Origin: Tagaea sp. CACIAM 22H2
GTDB taxonomy: Bacteria > Pseudomonadota > Alphaproteobacteria > CACIAM-22H2
Length of the DNA stretch: 64,000 nt
Direction of reading: 5' to 3'
Assembly: GCA_014444615.1 (NCBI GenBank)
Contig: PVXE01000018.1
Coordinates: forward strand, 246-64,245
Position numbers and translations under genes: made by a program
The notes under the pieces: generated by a model
Told to the model about the DNA's origin: nothing
The model's input: the letters and a program-made list of their open reading frames with translations, nothing else
Databases searched by the model: none
Part shown: in pieces, positions 8,574 to 18,404 of the stretch
Layout of the letters: each line of letters opens with the position of its first letter
Numbering within the stretch: position 1 is the stretch's first letter

Positions 8574-9817
8574 GCGGGCACCTTTTCGGCGACACGGTTG
8601 AAGGCGAAATCGAACGCGTCGAAATTGCGGTAGGTCCGCCCGGCGTCGACCGTCAGCTTGCGATTGGAAATCAGCGGCACGTTCTGCTCCGACACGCCGC
8701 CATGCGAGCGCAACGGCTCCTTGAGGCCCGAAAGATCGTGGCGCTCGACGCTGGTGCCGACCGTGACATGCTTCGACGACACGACGACCAGCTCGCCCAA
8801 ACGATCCGGCGGCAATTGGAACTTCGCCGCCGCCTCGTCCTTGGTCAGCACGCTGTCGATGCCCTTGATCGCCACGATATGCCGCGCGATTGCGGCCTTG
8901 TCGGCGTTCGCGGGCAGATAGACGACGGCGTAGGAGCCCAGCGCCCCGTGATGCACGACGTAAGGATCGGTAATCGGCAGGATCACCCGCGCGGCGGCTT
9001 TGCCGAGCAGATCGTCGAGCGCGTCCTGTAAATAGACGACGACGGGCTTGCCGTCGGCACCGTGCTTGGCGTTCATGCCGTGATCGGCGGTGACGACGAT
9101 CGTCGCCCCCATCGCATCGAGGCGCGCCAGATACGAATCCATCATCGCGTAGAAATCGTCGGCGACCGGCGTGCCGGGCGCGTGCTTGTGCTGGATGTAA
9201 TCGGTCGTCGACAGATACATCACGTCGGGCCGCATCGATTCCATCAGCTTGACGCCGGCGGCGAACACGAATTCCGACAAGCCCGCCGAATAGACGTCCG
9301 GCACGCCCATGCCGACGAAAGCGTTGACGCCTTCGATGCCGTTTTCGGCGAGCGTCGCCTTGTCGGATTTCTCGGACGAGAAGCAAACCGCCTTGCCCGG
9401 CGCCATTTTCACGCCGTGGCCCAGCAACGCGCGCAGCTTGTCCTTCGCCGTCACGATGGCGAGCGTTTTGCCGAGTTCCTGCAGCTTCTGGAACAGCGTG
9501 GGCGCGCGCAGGAATTTGGGATCGTTCATCATCACTTCCTTGCCCGTGTCGGGGTCGAGGAAGTAATTGCCCGAAATCCCGTGCACCGACGGCGGTGCGC
9601 CGGTGACGATCGACAGATTGTTCGGGTTGGTGAAGCTCGGCACCACGCAATGGCCGATCAACGCCGTGCCGTTTTCGAAGCAGCGCTTGAAGAAAGGCGC
9701 GCGGCCCTTGGCGATCGCCGCTTCGATATAGCCGGGCTCCGAGCCGTCGACGCAAACGACGACCACCGGATTCGGGGGCAGCGCGTAAGCGCGGCCGTTG
9801 ACGTCCATCTTGCCCAT
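8570..9817 (-). CDS. phnA: Phosphonoacetate hydrolase (alkaline-phosphatase superfamily).
   Basis: 415 aa. The N-terminus ([14 protein letters not shown]) is typical of the PhnA/nucleotide pyrophosphatase fold. The gene sits between phnW and phnY. Confidence 0.75.
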   Translation of the reverse strand: MGKMDVNGRAYALPPNPVVVVCVDGSEPGYIEAAIAKGRAPFFKRCFENGTALIGHCVVPSFTNPNNLSIVTGAPPSVHGISGNYFLDPDTGKEVMMNDPKFLRAPTLFQKLQELGKTLAIVTAKDKLRALLGHGVKMAPGKAVCFSSEKSDKATLAENGIEGVNAFVGMGVPDVYSAGLSEFVFAAGVKLMESMRPDVMYLSTTDYIQHKHAPGTPVADDFYAMMDSYLARLDAMGATIVVTADHGMNAKHGADGKPVVVYLQDALDDLLGKAAARVILPITDPYVVHHGALGSYAVVYLPANADKAAIARHIVAIKGIDSVLTKDEAAAKFQLPPDRLGELVVVSSKHVTVGTSVERHDLSGLKEPLRSHGGVSEQNVPLISNRKLTVDAGRTYRNFDAFDFAFNRVAEKVPA

Positions 9818-9826
9818 GTCAGCTCC

Positions 9827-10996
9827 TTACTCGGCCGCCTGCGATTGCGCCGGCGCGCCGCTCGCCACACCCATTTCGGCGAGCGTCGCGGCGATCGCCG
9901 CGAGCACGCCCTTGATCTGGCTTTCGTCGATCCGGCCGATGCAACCGATGCGGAAAGAATCCGCCACGGTCAGCTTGCCCGGATAGATCACGTAGCCCTG
10001 ATCCTTCAGGCGATCATAGAAGCTCTGGAAGACAAATTTGTTATCGGCGGGCATGCGCACCGTCACGATGATCGGCGCCTGCACCGCGTCGGGCAGCAGG
10101 GTGACGAAGCCCATTTTGCGCAGGCCTTCGACCAGCACGCGGCAGTTGTTCGCGTAGCGTTTGCCGCGACCCGAAACGCCGCCTTCGGCCGCGTGCTCGT
10201 CCAGCGCCTTGGCCAGCGACATGATGGTGTGGATCGGTGGGGTAAAACGCCACTGGCCGGTCCGCTCGAAACCCTGCCATTGGTCGTGCAGGTCGAGCAC
10301 CAAAGTCGTCGCGTTGCCCTTGGTCTCGGCCAGCGCCGCCTTGTCGCAAACGACGAAGCCGAGGCCCGGCACGCCCTCGAGATTCTTGTTCGACGACGCG
10401 GCCAGCGCGTCGTAGCGGCAAGCCTTGGAGAGCGAAAGCGCGCCGAAGGCGCTCATCGCGTCGATCAGCAAACGGCGCCCGTGCTTGGCGGTGATCTCGG
10501 CGAGCGCGTCGATGGGGTTCAGCACGCCCGACGTCGTTTCGCATTGGACCGCGAACACATGGGTGATCGACTTGTCCTTGGCGAGCGCTGCGTCCAACAC
10601 GGCGGGATCGATTGGCTTGTCTTCCGGGAAATCGATCGTGACGACCGCGCGGCCGGCGATCTCCGCGATGCGCTTGGCGCGTACGCAATAAGCGCCGTTG
10701 TTGCAGATCAGCATTTTGCCGGTCTTCGGCACGAAGCTGGTGATCATCGCTTCGACTGCAAACGTGCCCGAGCCCTGCACCGGCACCGTCACGTGGCTGT
10801 CGGCGCGCTCGGCGATTTCCGCGATCCGGCGCAGCACGCCCTTATTGGCTTCCAGGAACACGGCGTCGCGGCTGCCCCAATCGTGCAGCATCGCCTCCTT
10901 GACCGCCTTCGACGTGGTCAGCGGGCCGGGGGTGAGCAGCAGCTTGTCGCCGGTTTGCGAAAGACCCTGGGGGACTTGGGGTGGCACGTTGGACAT
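9827..10996 (-). CDS. phnW: 2-aminoethylphosphonate--pyruvate transaminase.
   Basis: About 390 aa, class-V aminotransferase fold (LLLTPGPLTTS...). It is the first gene of the operon and is transcribed divergently from the LysR regulator. Confidence 0.8.
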   Translation of the reverse strand: MSNVPPQVPQGLSQTGDKLLLTPGPLTTSKAVKEAMLHDWGSRDAVFLEANKGVLRRIAEIAERADSHVTVPVQGSGTFAVEAMITSFVPKTGKMLICNNGAYCVRAKRIAEIAGRAVVTIDFPEDKPIDPAVLDAALAKDKSITHVFAVQCETTSGVLNPIDALAEITAKHGRRLLIDAMSAFGALSLSKACRYDALAASSNKNLEGVPGLGFVVCDKAALAETKGNATTLVLDLHDQWQGFERTGQWRFTPPIHTIMSLAKALDEHAAEGGVSGRGKRYANNCRVLVEGLRKMGFVTLLPDAVQAPIIVTVRMPADNKFVFQSFYDRLKDQGYVIYPGKLTVADSFRIGCIGRIDESQIKGVLAAIAATLAEMGVASGAPAQSQAAE

Positions 10997-11088
10997 GGAT
11001 TCCCTCCGAAATACGGACGGATCATCGCCTTGCCCTATCCATAGGTCCAATACATAATAACAATGTTTCAAATCGGAATTATCTATAG
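10997..11088. promoter_or_regulatory. AT-rich divergent promoter region between phnW and the LysR regulator, with candidate LysR-box dyads.
   Basis: ATAGGTCCAATACATAATAACAATGTTTCAAATCGGAATTATCTATAG contains ATAG-N39-CTAT and TAAT...ATTA symmetry. It is the only AT-rich stretch in the region. Confidence 0.4.
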
Positions 11089-11961
11089 ATGAACCCCATC
11101 TTGCTGCGCGCGTTCTGGCTGGTCGCAAAGGAAGGCGGATTCAGCCGCGCCGCCCGCAAGGCGCGCGTCAGCCAGCCCACCTTGTCGGCGCAGGTGAAGG
11201 CGCTGGAGCAGCGCTATGCGACACCCTTATTCGTGCGCCAGGGCCGCGCCATTCGCCTGACACCCGCCGGGCGGCGCTTGCTGGATGTGGCCGAGCGCTA
11301 CATGGCGTTGGCGGACGAAGCCGAGGCGGCGATCAAAGGCGCTTCGGGCGGGGCGCGCGTGTTCTTGAACGTCGCGGCGGACGGGCCCGGCCCCGCCTTG
11401 GCGGTACTGAAATCCTGGCGCGCCACCCTGCCCGATCTCGGCTTCGCGCTGGCGATCGGCAATTCCGAGGAAGTGGCGCGCAAGCTGCTGGCTTACGAAG
11501 CCGATGTCGGCATTCTGGCGAAGGCCATCGCCGATCCGCGTTTGACGTTGGAACCGTTGAAGCGCGATCGGCTGGTCGCCTTCGTGCCGATCGACGATCC
11601 ACGCGCCAAGCGCAAACGCCTGCGCCTAGCCGAAGTCGCGGCGGGCCCGGTGATCCTGCGCGAACGTGGATCTGTCACGCGCGAACGTTTCGAGACGGGG
11701 CTCGCCGCCGCACGGCTGCAACTCGGGCCCGCGGTCGAAGTCGCCACGCGCGAAGGGGTGGCCGAAGCTGTCGCCGCCGGGTTCGGCATCGGGCTCGTTT
11801 TCGAATCCGAGCTCGCCCCCGATCCGCGTTTCGCCAAGCTGACGTTTTCCGACGCGGCGCTCGACGTGGGCGAATACCTCGCCTGCCTTGCCGAGCGGCG
11901 GCGCCAGCCCGCCATCGACGGGTTTTTCGCGGCGGCGGCCGAACTCTTCGGACGAAATTGA
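11089..11961 (+). CDS. LysR-family transcriptional regulator, probably the regulator of the 2-aminoethylphosphonate degradation operon.
   Basis: The N-terminal HTH reads MNPILLRAFWLVAKEGGFSRAARKARVSQPTLSAQVKALE. It is divergent from phnW. Confidence 0.85.
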   Translation: MNPILLRAFWLVAKEGGFSRAARKARVSQPTLSAQVKALEQRYATPLFVRQGRAIRLTPAGRRLLDVAERYMALADEAEAAIKGASGGARVFLNVAADGPGPALAVLKSWRATLPDLGFALAIGNSEEVARKLLAYEADVGILAKAIADPRLTLEPLKRDRLVAFVPIDDPRAKRKRLRLAEVAAGPVILRERGSVTRERFETGLAAARLQLGPAVEVATREGVAEAVAAGFGIGLVFESELAPDPRFAKLTFSDAALDVGEYLACLAERRRQPAIDGFFAAAAELFGRN

Positions 11962-12005
11962 CTCAAATCATTTCGTTACGCGCCAAGCGCACGTAATCGG
12001 GTTGC

Positions 12006-13367
12006 ATGTTGTCCCCCGAAGCCCTGACTTTGGCCGAGGCCAAAGTCCCCCGCTACACGAGCTACCCGACCGCGCCGCATTTCTCGCCCGCGATCGGCGC
12101 GGCCCATGCCAGCCGCTGGATGGCCGCGATCGACGACACGCATCCCGTGTCGATCTATATCCACGTGCCGTTTTGCGAGAAACTTTGCTGGTATTGCGGC
12201 TGCAATACCTCGATCGCGTCGAAATACGAGCCGGTCCGCCATTACTTCGAAACGCTGCTGAAGGAGATTGCGCTTGCGCGCCGGACGATCGGCCGCCGCC
12301 TGCGCGCGGGCCACGTGCATCTGGGCGGCGGCACGCCCAACGCGCTGAACGCCGCCGATCTCGCCGCGCTTGCGCGGGCGTTGCGCGAAGCCTTCCGTTT
12401 CGACGCCCAAACGCGCTTCGAAGTCGAGATCGATCCGCGCACGTTGGACTATTCCCAGATCGCCGCGTTGAAGGAAGCCGGCGTCACGCGCGCCAATCTC
12501 GGCATTCAGGATTTCGATCCCCGCGTGCAGAAGGCGATCAATCGCGTGCAGAGTTTCGAACTGGTCGCCGACAAACTCGCCAAGCTGCGCGCGGCCGGGA
12601 TCGCCAGTATCGGCATGGATCTGATCTACGGCCTGCCGCATCAATCCGCCGACACGATCGAAGCGACGATCGACCAATCGGCGGAGCTGGGGGCCGAGCG
12701 CATCGCGTTGTTCGGCTACGCGCATGTGCCGTGGATGAAGCCGCATCAGAAGCTGCTGGAGCCCGAGGGCCTGCCCGGCATGCGCGAGCGCATGGCGCTG
12801 GTCGAGGCCGCGCATCAGCGCTTGGCCGCGCGCGGCTACACGCGCATCGGCATCGACCATTTCGCCTATCCCGACGACGAAATGACGCGGGCCCTGCGCG
12901 AGGGAAGGCTGCGGCGTAATTTCCAAGGCTATACGACCGATATGGCCGACACGCTGATCGGCTTCGGCCCGTCGGCGATTTCCGCCTACGCGCAAGGCTA
13001 CGCGCAGAATCACACACGTCTCGACCAATGGCGCGACGCGGTCGACCGCGCGCTCGTGCCCGTCGCGCGCGGCATCCAGATCACCGACGAGGATCGCCTG
13101 CGCCGCGCGGTCATCGAACGGCTGATGTGCGATATGGAGGCCGATCTCGACGCGATCTGCCGTTCGCATAATGCGGCGAGCCACGCGCTCGACCATTTCC
13201 GCGACGAAATCGGCCGCCTCGATTTCATGGTACGCGGCGGATTGGTCACGATCGACGGCACCAAACTCGCCATCCCCGAGGCCGCGCGAAACTTCGTACG
13301 CGTCGTCGCGTCGGTGTTCGATCAATATATCGAGAACAGCAAGGCGAAGCATTCGGTTGCCGTGTAG
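12006..13367 (+). CDS. hemN: Oxygen-independent coproporphyrinogen III oxidase (radical SAM).
   Basis: 453 aa with the radical-SAM CxxxCxxC motif (CEKLCWYCGC) and HemN-like length and blocks. Confidence 0.85.
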   Translation: MLSPEALTLAEAKVPRYTSYPTAPHFSPAIGAAHASRWMAAIDDTHPVSIYIHVPFCEKLCWYCGCNTSIASKYEPVRHYFETLLKEIALARRTIGRRLRAGHVHLGGGTPNALNAADLAALARALREAFRFDAQTRFEVEIDPRTLDYSQIAALKEAGVTRANLGIQDFDPRVQKAINRVQSFELVADKLAKLRAAGIASIGMDLIYGLPHQSADTIEATIDQSAELGAERIALFGYAHVPWMKPHQKLLEPEGLPGMRERMALVEAAHQRLAARGYTRIGIDHFAYPDDEMTRALREGRLRRNFQGYTTDMADTLIGFGPSAISAYAQGYAQNHTRLDQWRDAVDRALVPVARGIQITDEDRLRRAVIERLMCDMEADLDAICRSHNAASHALDHFRDEIGRLDFMVRGGLVTIDGTKLAIPEAARNFVRVVASVFDQYIENSKAKHSVAV

Positions 13368-13416
13368 CGCGGGCGCAGCGCATGATGGGGGACCATCTAG
13401 CTAGGACCCGCATGCC

Positions 13417-14829
13417 ATGACCCGCGAAGCCGCCATCGCCGCCGCCGAAACCTATTTCGATCAGGGCGGTTTCAAGACCGATCTCGCAAGGCGCGTGGCG
13501 TTCAAGACCGAAAGCCAGAATCCGGATCGCGCCGGCGAACTCGCGCGCTATCTGGAAGCGGAGATGGTGCCCACGCTGGCGAAGCTCGGCTTCGACTGCC
13601 GGATTCTGACCCACGCCAAAGCCAAGGGCCCGTTCCTGCTGGCCAGCCGCATCGAAGATCCAGCACTCCCCACCGTGTTCGGCTACGGCCATGGCGACGT
13701 GATCCGCGGCCTCGAGGATCAATGGCGCGCGGGCCTGTCGCCCTGGGAATTGAAGGACGAAGGCGATCGCTGGTACGGGCGGGGTACTGCCGACAACAAA
13801 GGCCAGCATTCGATCAATATCGGCGCGCTGGCTGCCGTGCTCGCCACGCGCGGCAAGCTTGGCTTCAACGCCAAATATCTGATCGAGATGGGCGAGGAAA
13901 CCGGCTCGCCCGGCTTGCGCGAAGTGTGCGAGGACAACAAGGCGCTGTTCGCGGCCGACATGCTGCTCGCCTCCGACGGGCCGCGCTTGCGCGCCGAACG
14001 CCCGACGATCTTCCTGGGCTCGCGCGGCGCCTTCAATTTCGACATCTGGATCGACGCGCGCGAAGGCGGCCATCATTCGGGCAATTGGGGCGGCCTCATC
14101 TCCAATCCCGGTTTGCAACTCGCCCACGCGATTTCGACCATCGCGGGCCCGACCGGTCAGATCCGCATTCCCGAATGGGTGCCGAGCGAGTTGCCCGATT
14201 CCGTGCGCCGCGCGCTGGCCGATTGCGAGGTCGATGGCGGCGAAGACGGCCCGGCGATCGAGGAATGGTGGGGCGAGCCGGGGCTGACGCCGTCCGAGCG
14301 CGTCTTCGGCTGGTGCTCGTTCGAAGTGTTGGCCTACGAGACCGGCAATCCGCGCAACCCGGTGAACGCCATTCCGCCGCGCGCCTGGGCGCGCTGCCAG
14401 TTGCGCTTCGTCGTCGGCATCGATCCGCACGGCATTCTGCCGGCCCTGCGCCGGCATCTGGATCGCCACGGCTTCCCGTTCGTGAAAATCGCTTCGGCCC
14501 GCGACGTGCTGTTCGCCGCCACGCGGCTCGACCCCGATCACCCGTGGGTCAAATTCGCGGTCGATTCCATGCGCCGCACCAGCAACAAGAAGCCGGCGAT
14601 CCTGCCCAATCTGGGCGGGTCGCTGCCCAACGACGTGTTCAGCGATACGCTGGGCCTGTCGACCGTTTGGGTCCCGCATTCCTATCCGGCCTGTTCCCAG
14701 CATGCGCCCAACGAGCACATCCTGCCGGATGTCGCGCGCGAAGGGCTGCGGCTGATGGCCGGGCTTTATTGGGATTTGGGCGAAGGCGAAGCCCAGAGGA
14801 TCGCCCAAGCGACAAAAGTTAAAGCATAA
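13417..14829 (+). CDS. M20-family metallopeptidase/dipeptidase (ArgE/DapE/CPG2-like).
   Basis: 470 aa with the M20 metal-binding block YGRGTADNKG and GSRGAFNFDIWIDAREGGHHSG. Confidence 0.75.
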   Translation: MTREAAIAAAETYFDQGGFKTDLARRVAFKTESQNPDRAGELARYLEAEMVPTLAKLGFDCRILTHAKAKGPFLLASRIEDPALPTVFGYGHGDVIRGLEDQWRAGLSPWELKDEGDRWYGRGTADNKGQHSINIGALAAVLATRGKLGFNAKYLIEMGEETGSPGLREVCEDNKALFAADMLLASDGPRLRAERPTIFLGSRGAFNFDIWIDAREGGHHSGNWGGLISNPGLQLAHAISTIAGPTGQIRIPEWVPSELPDSVRRALADCEVDGGEDGPAIEEWWGEPGLTPSERVFGWCSFEVLAYETGNPRNPVNAIPPRAWARCQLRFVVGIDPHGILPALRRHLDRHGFPFVKIASARDVLFAATRLDPDHPWVKFAVDSMRRTSNKKPAILPNLGGSLPNDVFSDTLGLSTVWVPHSYPACSQHAPNEHILPDVAREGLRLMAGLYWDLGEGEAQRIAQATKVKA

Positions 14830-14911
14830 TCAGTGTCTTATATGAATTCTTGCCGTCTTCACCGATAATTAGTAAATTTGGTTCAAATTTTATGGGAATT
14901 GGAGTTATCCC

Positions 14912-15289
14912 ATGAAGAGCCCGGCCGCCCTGCTGACCGTTTCGTTGCTCGCCGCCACCCTCGGCGCGTGCAGCACGTCGCCGTCGATCCACGGCAACCC
15001 GCCCTTGTCGAACGCGCCGAACAAGGTGACGACCTATCTGAAGCCCTACGAGCAGGCGATCAATACGGTGATCGGCCCGGGCGTTATCATGACGACCGCG
15101 ATCATCGGGCCGCATTTCATGCCCGGCGCGTGCGACGGTTTGTGGGCGACGGGCGATCGCAAGATCATCTGCGATCTGCGCGAGCGCTATAGCGACACGC
15201 CGAAGGAAGCCAAGCCCGACCCGAACGCCAAATTCGCTTGCGTGCGCACGTTGGGCGGCAGCACCGAGTGCAATCAAATCGCCGAGTAA
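14912..15289 (+). CDS. Small lipoprotein, hypothetical.
   Basis: Signal peptide plus lipobox LLAATLGAC; 125 aa. An AT-rich promoter-like tract lies upstream (14830-14911). Confidence 0.5.
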   Translation: MKSPAALLTVSLLAATLGACSTSPSIHGNPPLSNAPNKVTTYLKPYEQAINTVIGPGVIMTTAIIGPHFMPGACDGLWATGDRKIICDLRERYSDTPKEAKPDPNAKFACVRTLGGSTECNQIAE

Positions 15290-15305
15290 TCGGCGTCCGA
15301 TCCCC

Positions 15306-15527
15306 TTACTTCTTCGCGTCCGGCTTCGGGATGCGCGACGGCGAAACATAGACGCTGCCCTCCAGCGGCTTGCCGGGCCCCGCGTGGAAGACGTTCGGGT
15401 TACGGGCGTTCAGCTTGTCGGCGTCCGCATTCGCCTTGGGCGGCGTCGAATTGGGACGCGTATCTTCGGCCCAAGCCGGGGCCGAAGCCAGCAGCAGCGC
15501 GGTCGCGATCACAAGAAAACGTCGCAT
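15306..15527 (-). CDS. Small secreted protein (73 aa), hypothetical.
   Basis: Signal peptide MRRFLVIATALLLASAPAWA. ATG at 15525-15527. Convergent with the lipoprotein gene. Confidence 0.4.
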   Translation of the reverse strand: MRRFLVIATALLLASAPAWAEDTRPNSTPPKANADADKLNARNPNVFHAGPGKPLEGSVYVSPSRIPKPDAKK

Positions 15528-15596
15528 CGGTTCCTCTTCATCCCTCGTTAGGGTATGTGGGTGACTATACCACATCGCGCAAGGGAGCGCTCGGGG

Positions 15597-16154
15597 TTGG
15601 ACGTCGATCGGCTTATCGCGGAATACGGGGCGCTGGTGTATGCCGCGACGTTTCTGTGGACCTTCTTCGAAGGCGAAACCTTCGTGATCTTCGCGGGCGC
15701 TGCGGCGCAGCAGGAGAAGATCGCATTCCTGCCGCTGCTGCTTGCCGCGTGGTTCGGCAGCTTCTGCGGCGACCAGTTGTGGTTCTGGCTGGGCCGGACC
15801 TACGGCGTGCGGCTGCTTGCCCGCAAGCCCGCCTGGAAGCCGGGCGTGGAACGCGCGATGGGCTGGCTCGAGCGTTACGATACCTGGTTCATCCTGACCT
15901 TCCGCTTCATCTACGGCGTGCGCAATTTCGCGTCCTTCGCGATGGGTTTGGCGCGCATCGATCCGTTGCGCTTCGCGGCGTTGAATTTCGTTGCGGCTTT
16001 CGTTTGGGCGATCCTGTTCGCGGGCGGCGGCTATCTGTTCGGCCACGCGCTGGAAACGGCGTTCGGCGAGCTCGCCGCGCATTTCCAATTCGCGATGCTG
16101 GGCGCCTTCGTGCTGGCGATCGCGATTCTGGTCTGGGTCAACCGGCGGAAATAG
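15597..16154 (+). CDS. DedA/SNARE-associated family membrane protein (TTG start with SD AAGGGAG; alternative ATG at 15555).
   Basis: The DedA motif FFEGETFVIFAGAAAQQ and several TM helices are present. Confidence 0.7.
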   Translation: MDVDRLIAEYGALVYAATFLWTFFEGETFVIFAGAAAQQEKIAFLPLLLAAWFGSFCGDQLWFWLGRTYGVRLLARKPAWKPGVERAMGWLERYDTWFILTFRFIYGVRNFASFAMGLARIDPLRFAALNFVAAFVWAILFAGGGYLFGHALETAFGELAAHFQFAMLGAFVLAIAILVWVNRRK

Positions 16155-17046
16155 ATTTCGGCGGCCGCAGCGCCAAAAACAACGCGACCATGATCGCGGC
16201 CATCGCCGCGTAGTCGAGCGCGGCGAAGCGCTCGCCCGTCAGCCAGGCCGAGGACGCGACGCCCACGACCGGCACGGCCAGCAAGCCGAGTGCTGCGACC
16301 GGTGCCGGCATGATGTCGAGTGCGCGGAACCAAGCCCAATGGCAGTAGATCATCGGCACCGTCGCCGCGTAGCCGAAGCCGAGCCAGCCTTGCAGGGTCA
16401 ACCCCTGCGCCAGCCACAGATGCCCGGACAGATCGAACCAGATCAGCCCCGCGATCAGCGGCACGCCGCCCAGCGTCAATTGCCACGCGGTGGACGCCAC
16501 CACCGGCATCCGGAAATTCGCGCGCTTGGTATAGACCGTGCCCGACGCCCAGCCGGTCGCCGCCGCCAGCATCAGCGCCAAGCCGATCGGCCGATCGATC
16601 AATCCCGCGAAAGCGGGCCAGGCGAGCAGCAACAGCCCTGCCCCGCCGAAGGCGAGCGCCGCCGCGCGGCGACGGTCGAACGCCTCGCCCAGGAACAAGG
16701 CGCCGAACAGCGACACCCACATCGGCATGGTGAAGGCGATCAGCGCCGCGCGCCCCGCTTCGACATGCTGAAGCCCATAGGCGGTCGAAACGTGCCAGAT
16801 GGTGACGTTCAGAAACCCGGCGATCGCCAATTGCCGAAGCCGCCCCGGCGGCACGCGGCAATCCAAGCGCAAGCGCCACGCGATGGCGAACAGGCCCGCC
16901 GCGCCGATATAGACGCACGCCACGCGAAACACCCAGGGCGGCAGTTCCAGAACGGCGAATTTCATCGCCGGCCAATTGACGCCCCAGAAAATCGCGAGCG
17001 TCAAAAGCAGCCAGAAACCTTCGCGGGAGAGCGTGCGGTTCAACCG
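16138..17046 (-). CDS. EamA/DMT-family transporter (probable TTG start right after the tusA-like stop).
   Basis: About 10 TM helices with duplicated EamA domains. Downstream of, and likely co-transcribed with, the TusA-like gene. Confidence 0.6.
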   Translation of the reverse strand, partial: RLNRTLSREGFWLLLTLAIFWGVNWPAMKFAVLELPPWVFRVACVYIGAAGLFAIAWRLRLDCRVPPGRLRQLAIAGFLNVTIWHVSTAYGLQHVEAGRAALIAFTMPMWVSLFGALFLGEAFDRRRAAALAFGGAGLLLLAWPAFAGLIDRPIGLALMLAAATGWASGTVYTKRANFRMPVVASTAWQLTLGGVPLIAGLIWFDLSGHLWLAQGLTLQGWLGFGYAATVPMIYCHWAWFRALDIMPAPVAALGLLAVPVVGVASSAWLTGERFAALDYAAMAAIMVALFLALRPPKSISAG

Positions 17047-17279
17047 GCCTTGCCGATCTCGAACACGAACACGCCGTCGGCTTCGGAAGCCGATTTGAGG
17101 ACATTGCCCGAGGTCTTGCAGAACGCCTCGAAATCCTTCACGGCACCCGGATCGGTCGCAAAGACCTTCAGCGTCGCGCCGGCGGGCAAACCCGCCATCG
17201 CCTTTTTGACCCGCAGGACGGGCAAGGGGCAATTCAGCCCCTTCACATCGAGTTCGGTCGTGGACATCGGGCGCGACAT
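17040..17279 (-). CDS. TusA-like sulfurtransferase (SirA/YedF/YeeD family), 79 aa.
   Basis: Carries the CPxP motif (LDVKGLNCPLPVLRVKKAM). Divergent from the yeeE/yedE-family gene. Confidence 0.75.
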   Translation of the reverse strand: MSRPMSTTELDVKGLNCPLPVLRVKKAMAGLPAGATLKVFATDPGAVKDFEAFCKTSGNVLKSASEADGVFVFEIGKAG

Positions 17280-17286
17280 TACGGCT

Positions 17287-17305
17287 TTGAAGCAGCCGCC
17301 TTCAA
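17287..17305. promoter_or_regulatory. Dyad TTGAAG-N7-CTTCAA in the divergent tusA-like / yeeE intergenic region; candidate operator.
   Basis: Read directly from the sequence. Confidence 0.3.
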
Positions 17306-17324
17306 GCGATAGATTGCCCGCCCG

Positions 17325-18404
17325 ATGCAGGATATTCCGATACATCTTCTCGTCGCGATCGCCGGGCTCGCCGCCGGGGCGGCGTTCGGCGCTTTGGCCC
17401 AACGCACCAATTTCTGCACCATGGGCGCCATTTCCGACGCCCTGGTGATGGCCGATAAGCGCCGTCTGCGCGCCTGGGTTGCCGCCATCGGGATCGCGAT
17501 GCTGGGCGCCAATGCGCTGCACGCCGCCGGCGCCATCGATCTGCGCGGATCGATCTACCTCGCGCCCAATCTCGGCTGGCCGGGCGCGATTTTCGGCGGC
17601 GTATTGTTCGGATTCGGCATGGTGTTGGCGGGCGGCTGCGGCCAGCGCAATCTGGTCCGCGCCGGGGCGGGCAATCTCAAAAGCGTCGTCGTTCTGCTGA
17701 TTCTGGGATTCTCGGCCTACGCCACGCTGCGCGGCATCGTCGGCTATGTGCGGGTCAACACTTGGGAGCGCGCGAATCTCGATCTGCGCGCGCTTGGCTT
17801 CGCCGATCAAAGTCTGCCGACATTGACCGGCATCGACCGGCCGATCTTGGCGGCGGCACTGGGCGCCGCCCTGCTGATTTGGTGCTTCAAGGACCGGACG
17901 TTCCGCGCCAGCGCGCGCGACGTGATCGCGGGGCTCGGCGTGGGCGCGTTGATCGTGCTCGGCTGGACCATCACCGGCGTGTGGGGCAAGGACGATTTCG
18001 ATCCCACGCCGCTTGCCTCGTTCACCTTCGTGGCGCCCGTCGGCGACACGCTGTTCTATGCGATGTTCTGGACGGGAACGAAGATCAATTTCGGCGTCTC
18101 GACCGTGTTCGGCATGATGATCGGATCGGCGATCGCCGCGAAAGCCGCAGGCGAATGGCGCTTGGAAAGCTTCCGCGACGCCAACGATTTCCTGCGCAAC
18201 GCCGGCGGCGCCATCCTGATGGGTATCGGCGGCGTCAGCGCGCTGGGCTGCACCGTGGGCCAAGGCATCACCGGCCTGTCGACGCTCGCCATCGGCTCGT
18301 TCCTCGCAGTCGCGGGCATCGCGGTCGGCGCCATGCTGGCGCTCAAATATCTCGAGGAAGGCTCGCTCGTGGCGGCGTTGAAAGCGCTGGTCGCGCGTGG
18401 CTGA
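17325..18404 (+). CDS. YeeE/YedE-family membrane protein (thiosulfate or sulfur-compound transporter, TsuA-like).
   Basis: 359 aa. Conserved cysteines sit in GGC/LGC loops (LAGGCGQRNL, ALGCTVGQG), which are typical of YeeE/YedE. Confidence 0.8.
   Translation: MQDIPIHLLVAIAGLAAGAAFGALAQRTNFCTMGAISDALVMADKRRLRAWVAAIGIAMLGANALHAAGAIDLRGSIYLAPNLGWPGAIFGGVLFGFGMVLAGGCGQRNLVRAGAGNLKSVVVLLILGFSAYATLRGIVGYVRVNTWERANLDLRALGFADQSLPTLTGIDRPILAAALGAALLIWCFKDRTFRASARDVIAGLGVGALIVLGWTITGVWGKDDFDPTPLASFTFVAPVGDTLFYAMFWTGTKINFGVSTVFGMMIGSAIAAKAAGEWRLESFRDANDFLRNAGGAILMGIGGVSALGCTVGQGITGLSTLAIGSFLAVAGIAVGAMLALKYLEEGSLVAALKALVARG

Noticed and set aside
7629-11044. Several 300-660-aa plus-strand ORFs (7629..8633, 9062..11044) across the phn operon.
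   Set aside because: They are antisense to phnY, phnA and phnW, which have clear motifs and operon logic, and they are low-complexity R/A/G-rich.
11976-14808. Minus-strand ORFs of 458 and 520 aa antisense to hemN and the M20 peptidase.
   Set aside because: The radical-SAM and M20 motifs are on the plus strand; the antisense ORFs are compositional artefacts.
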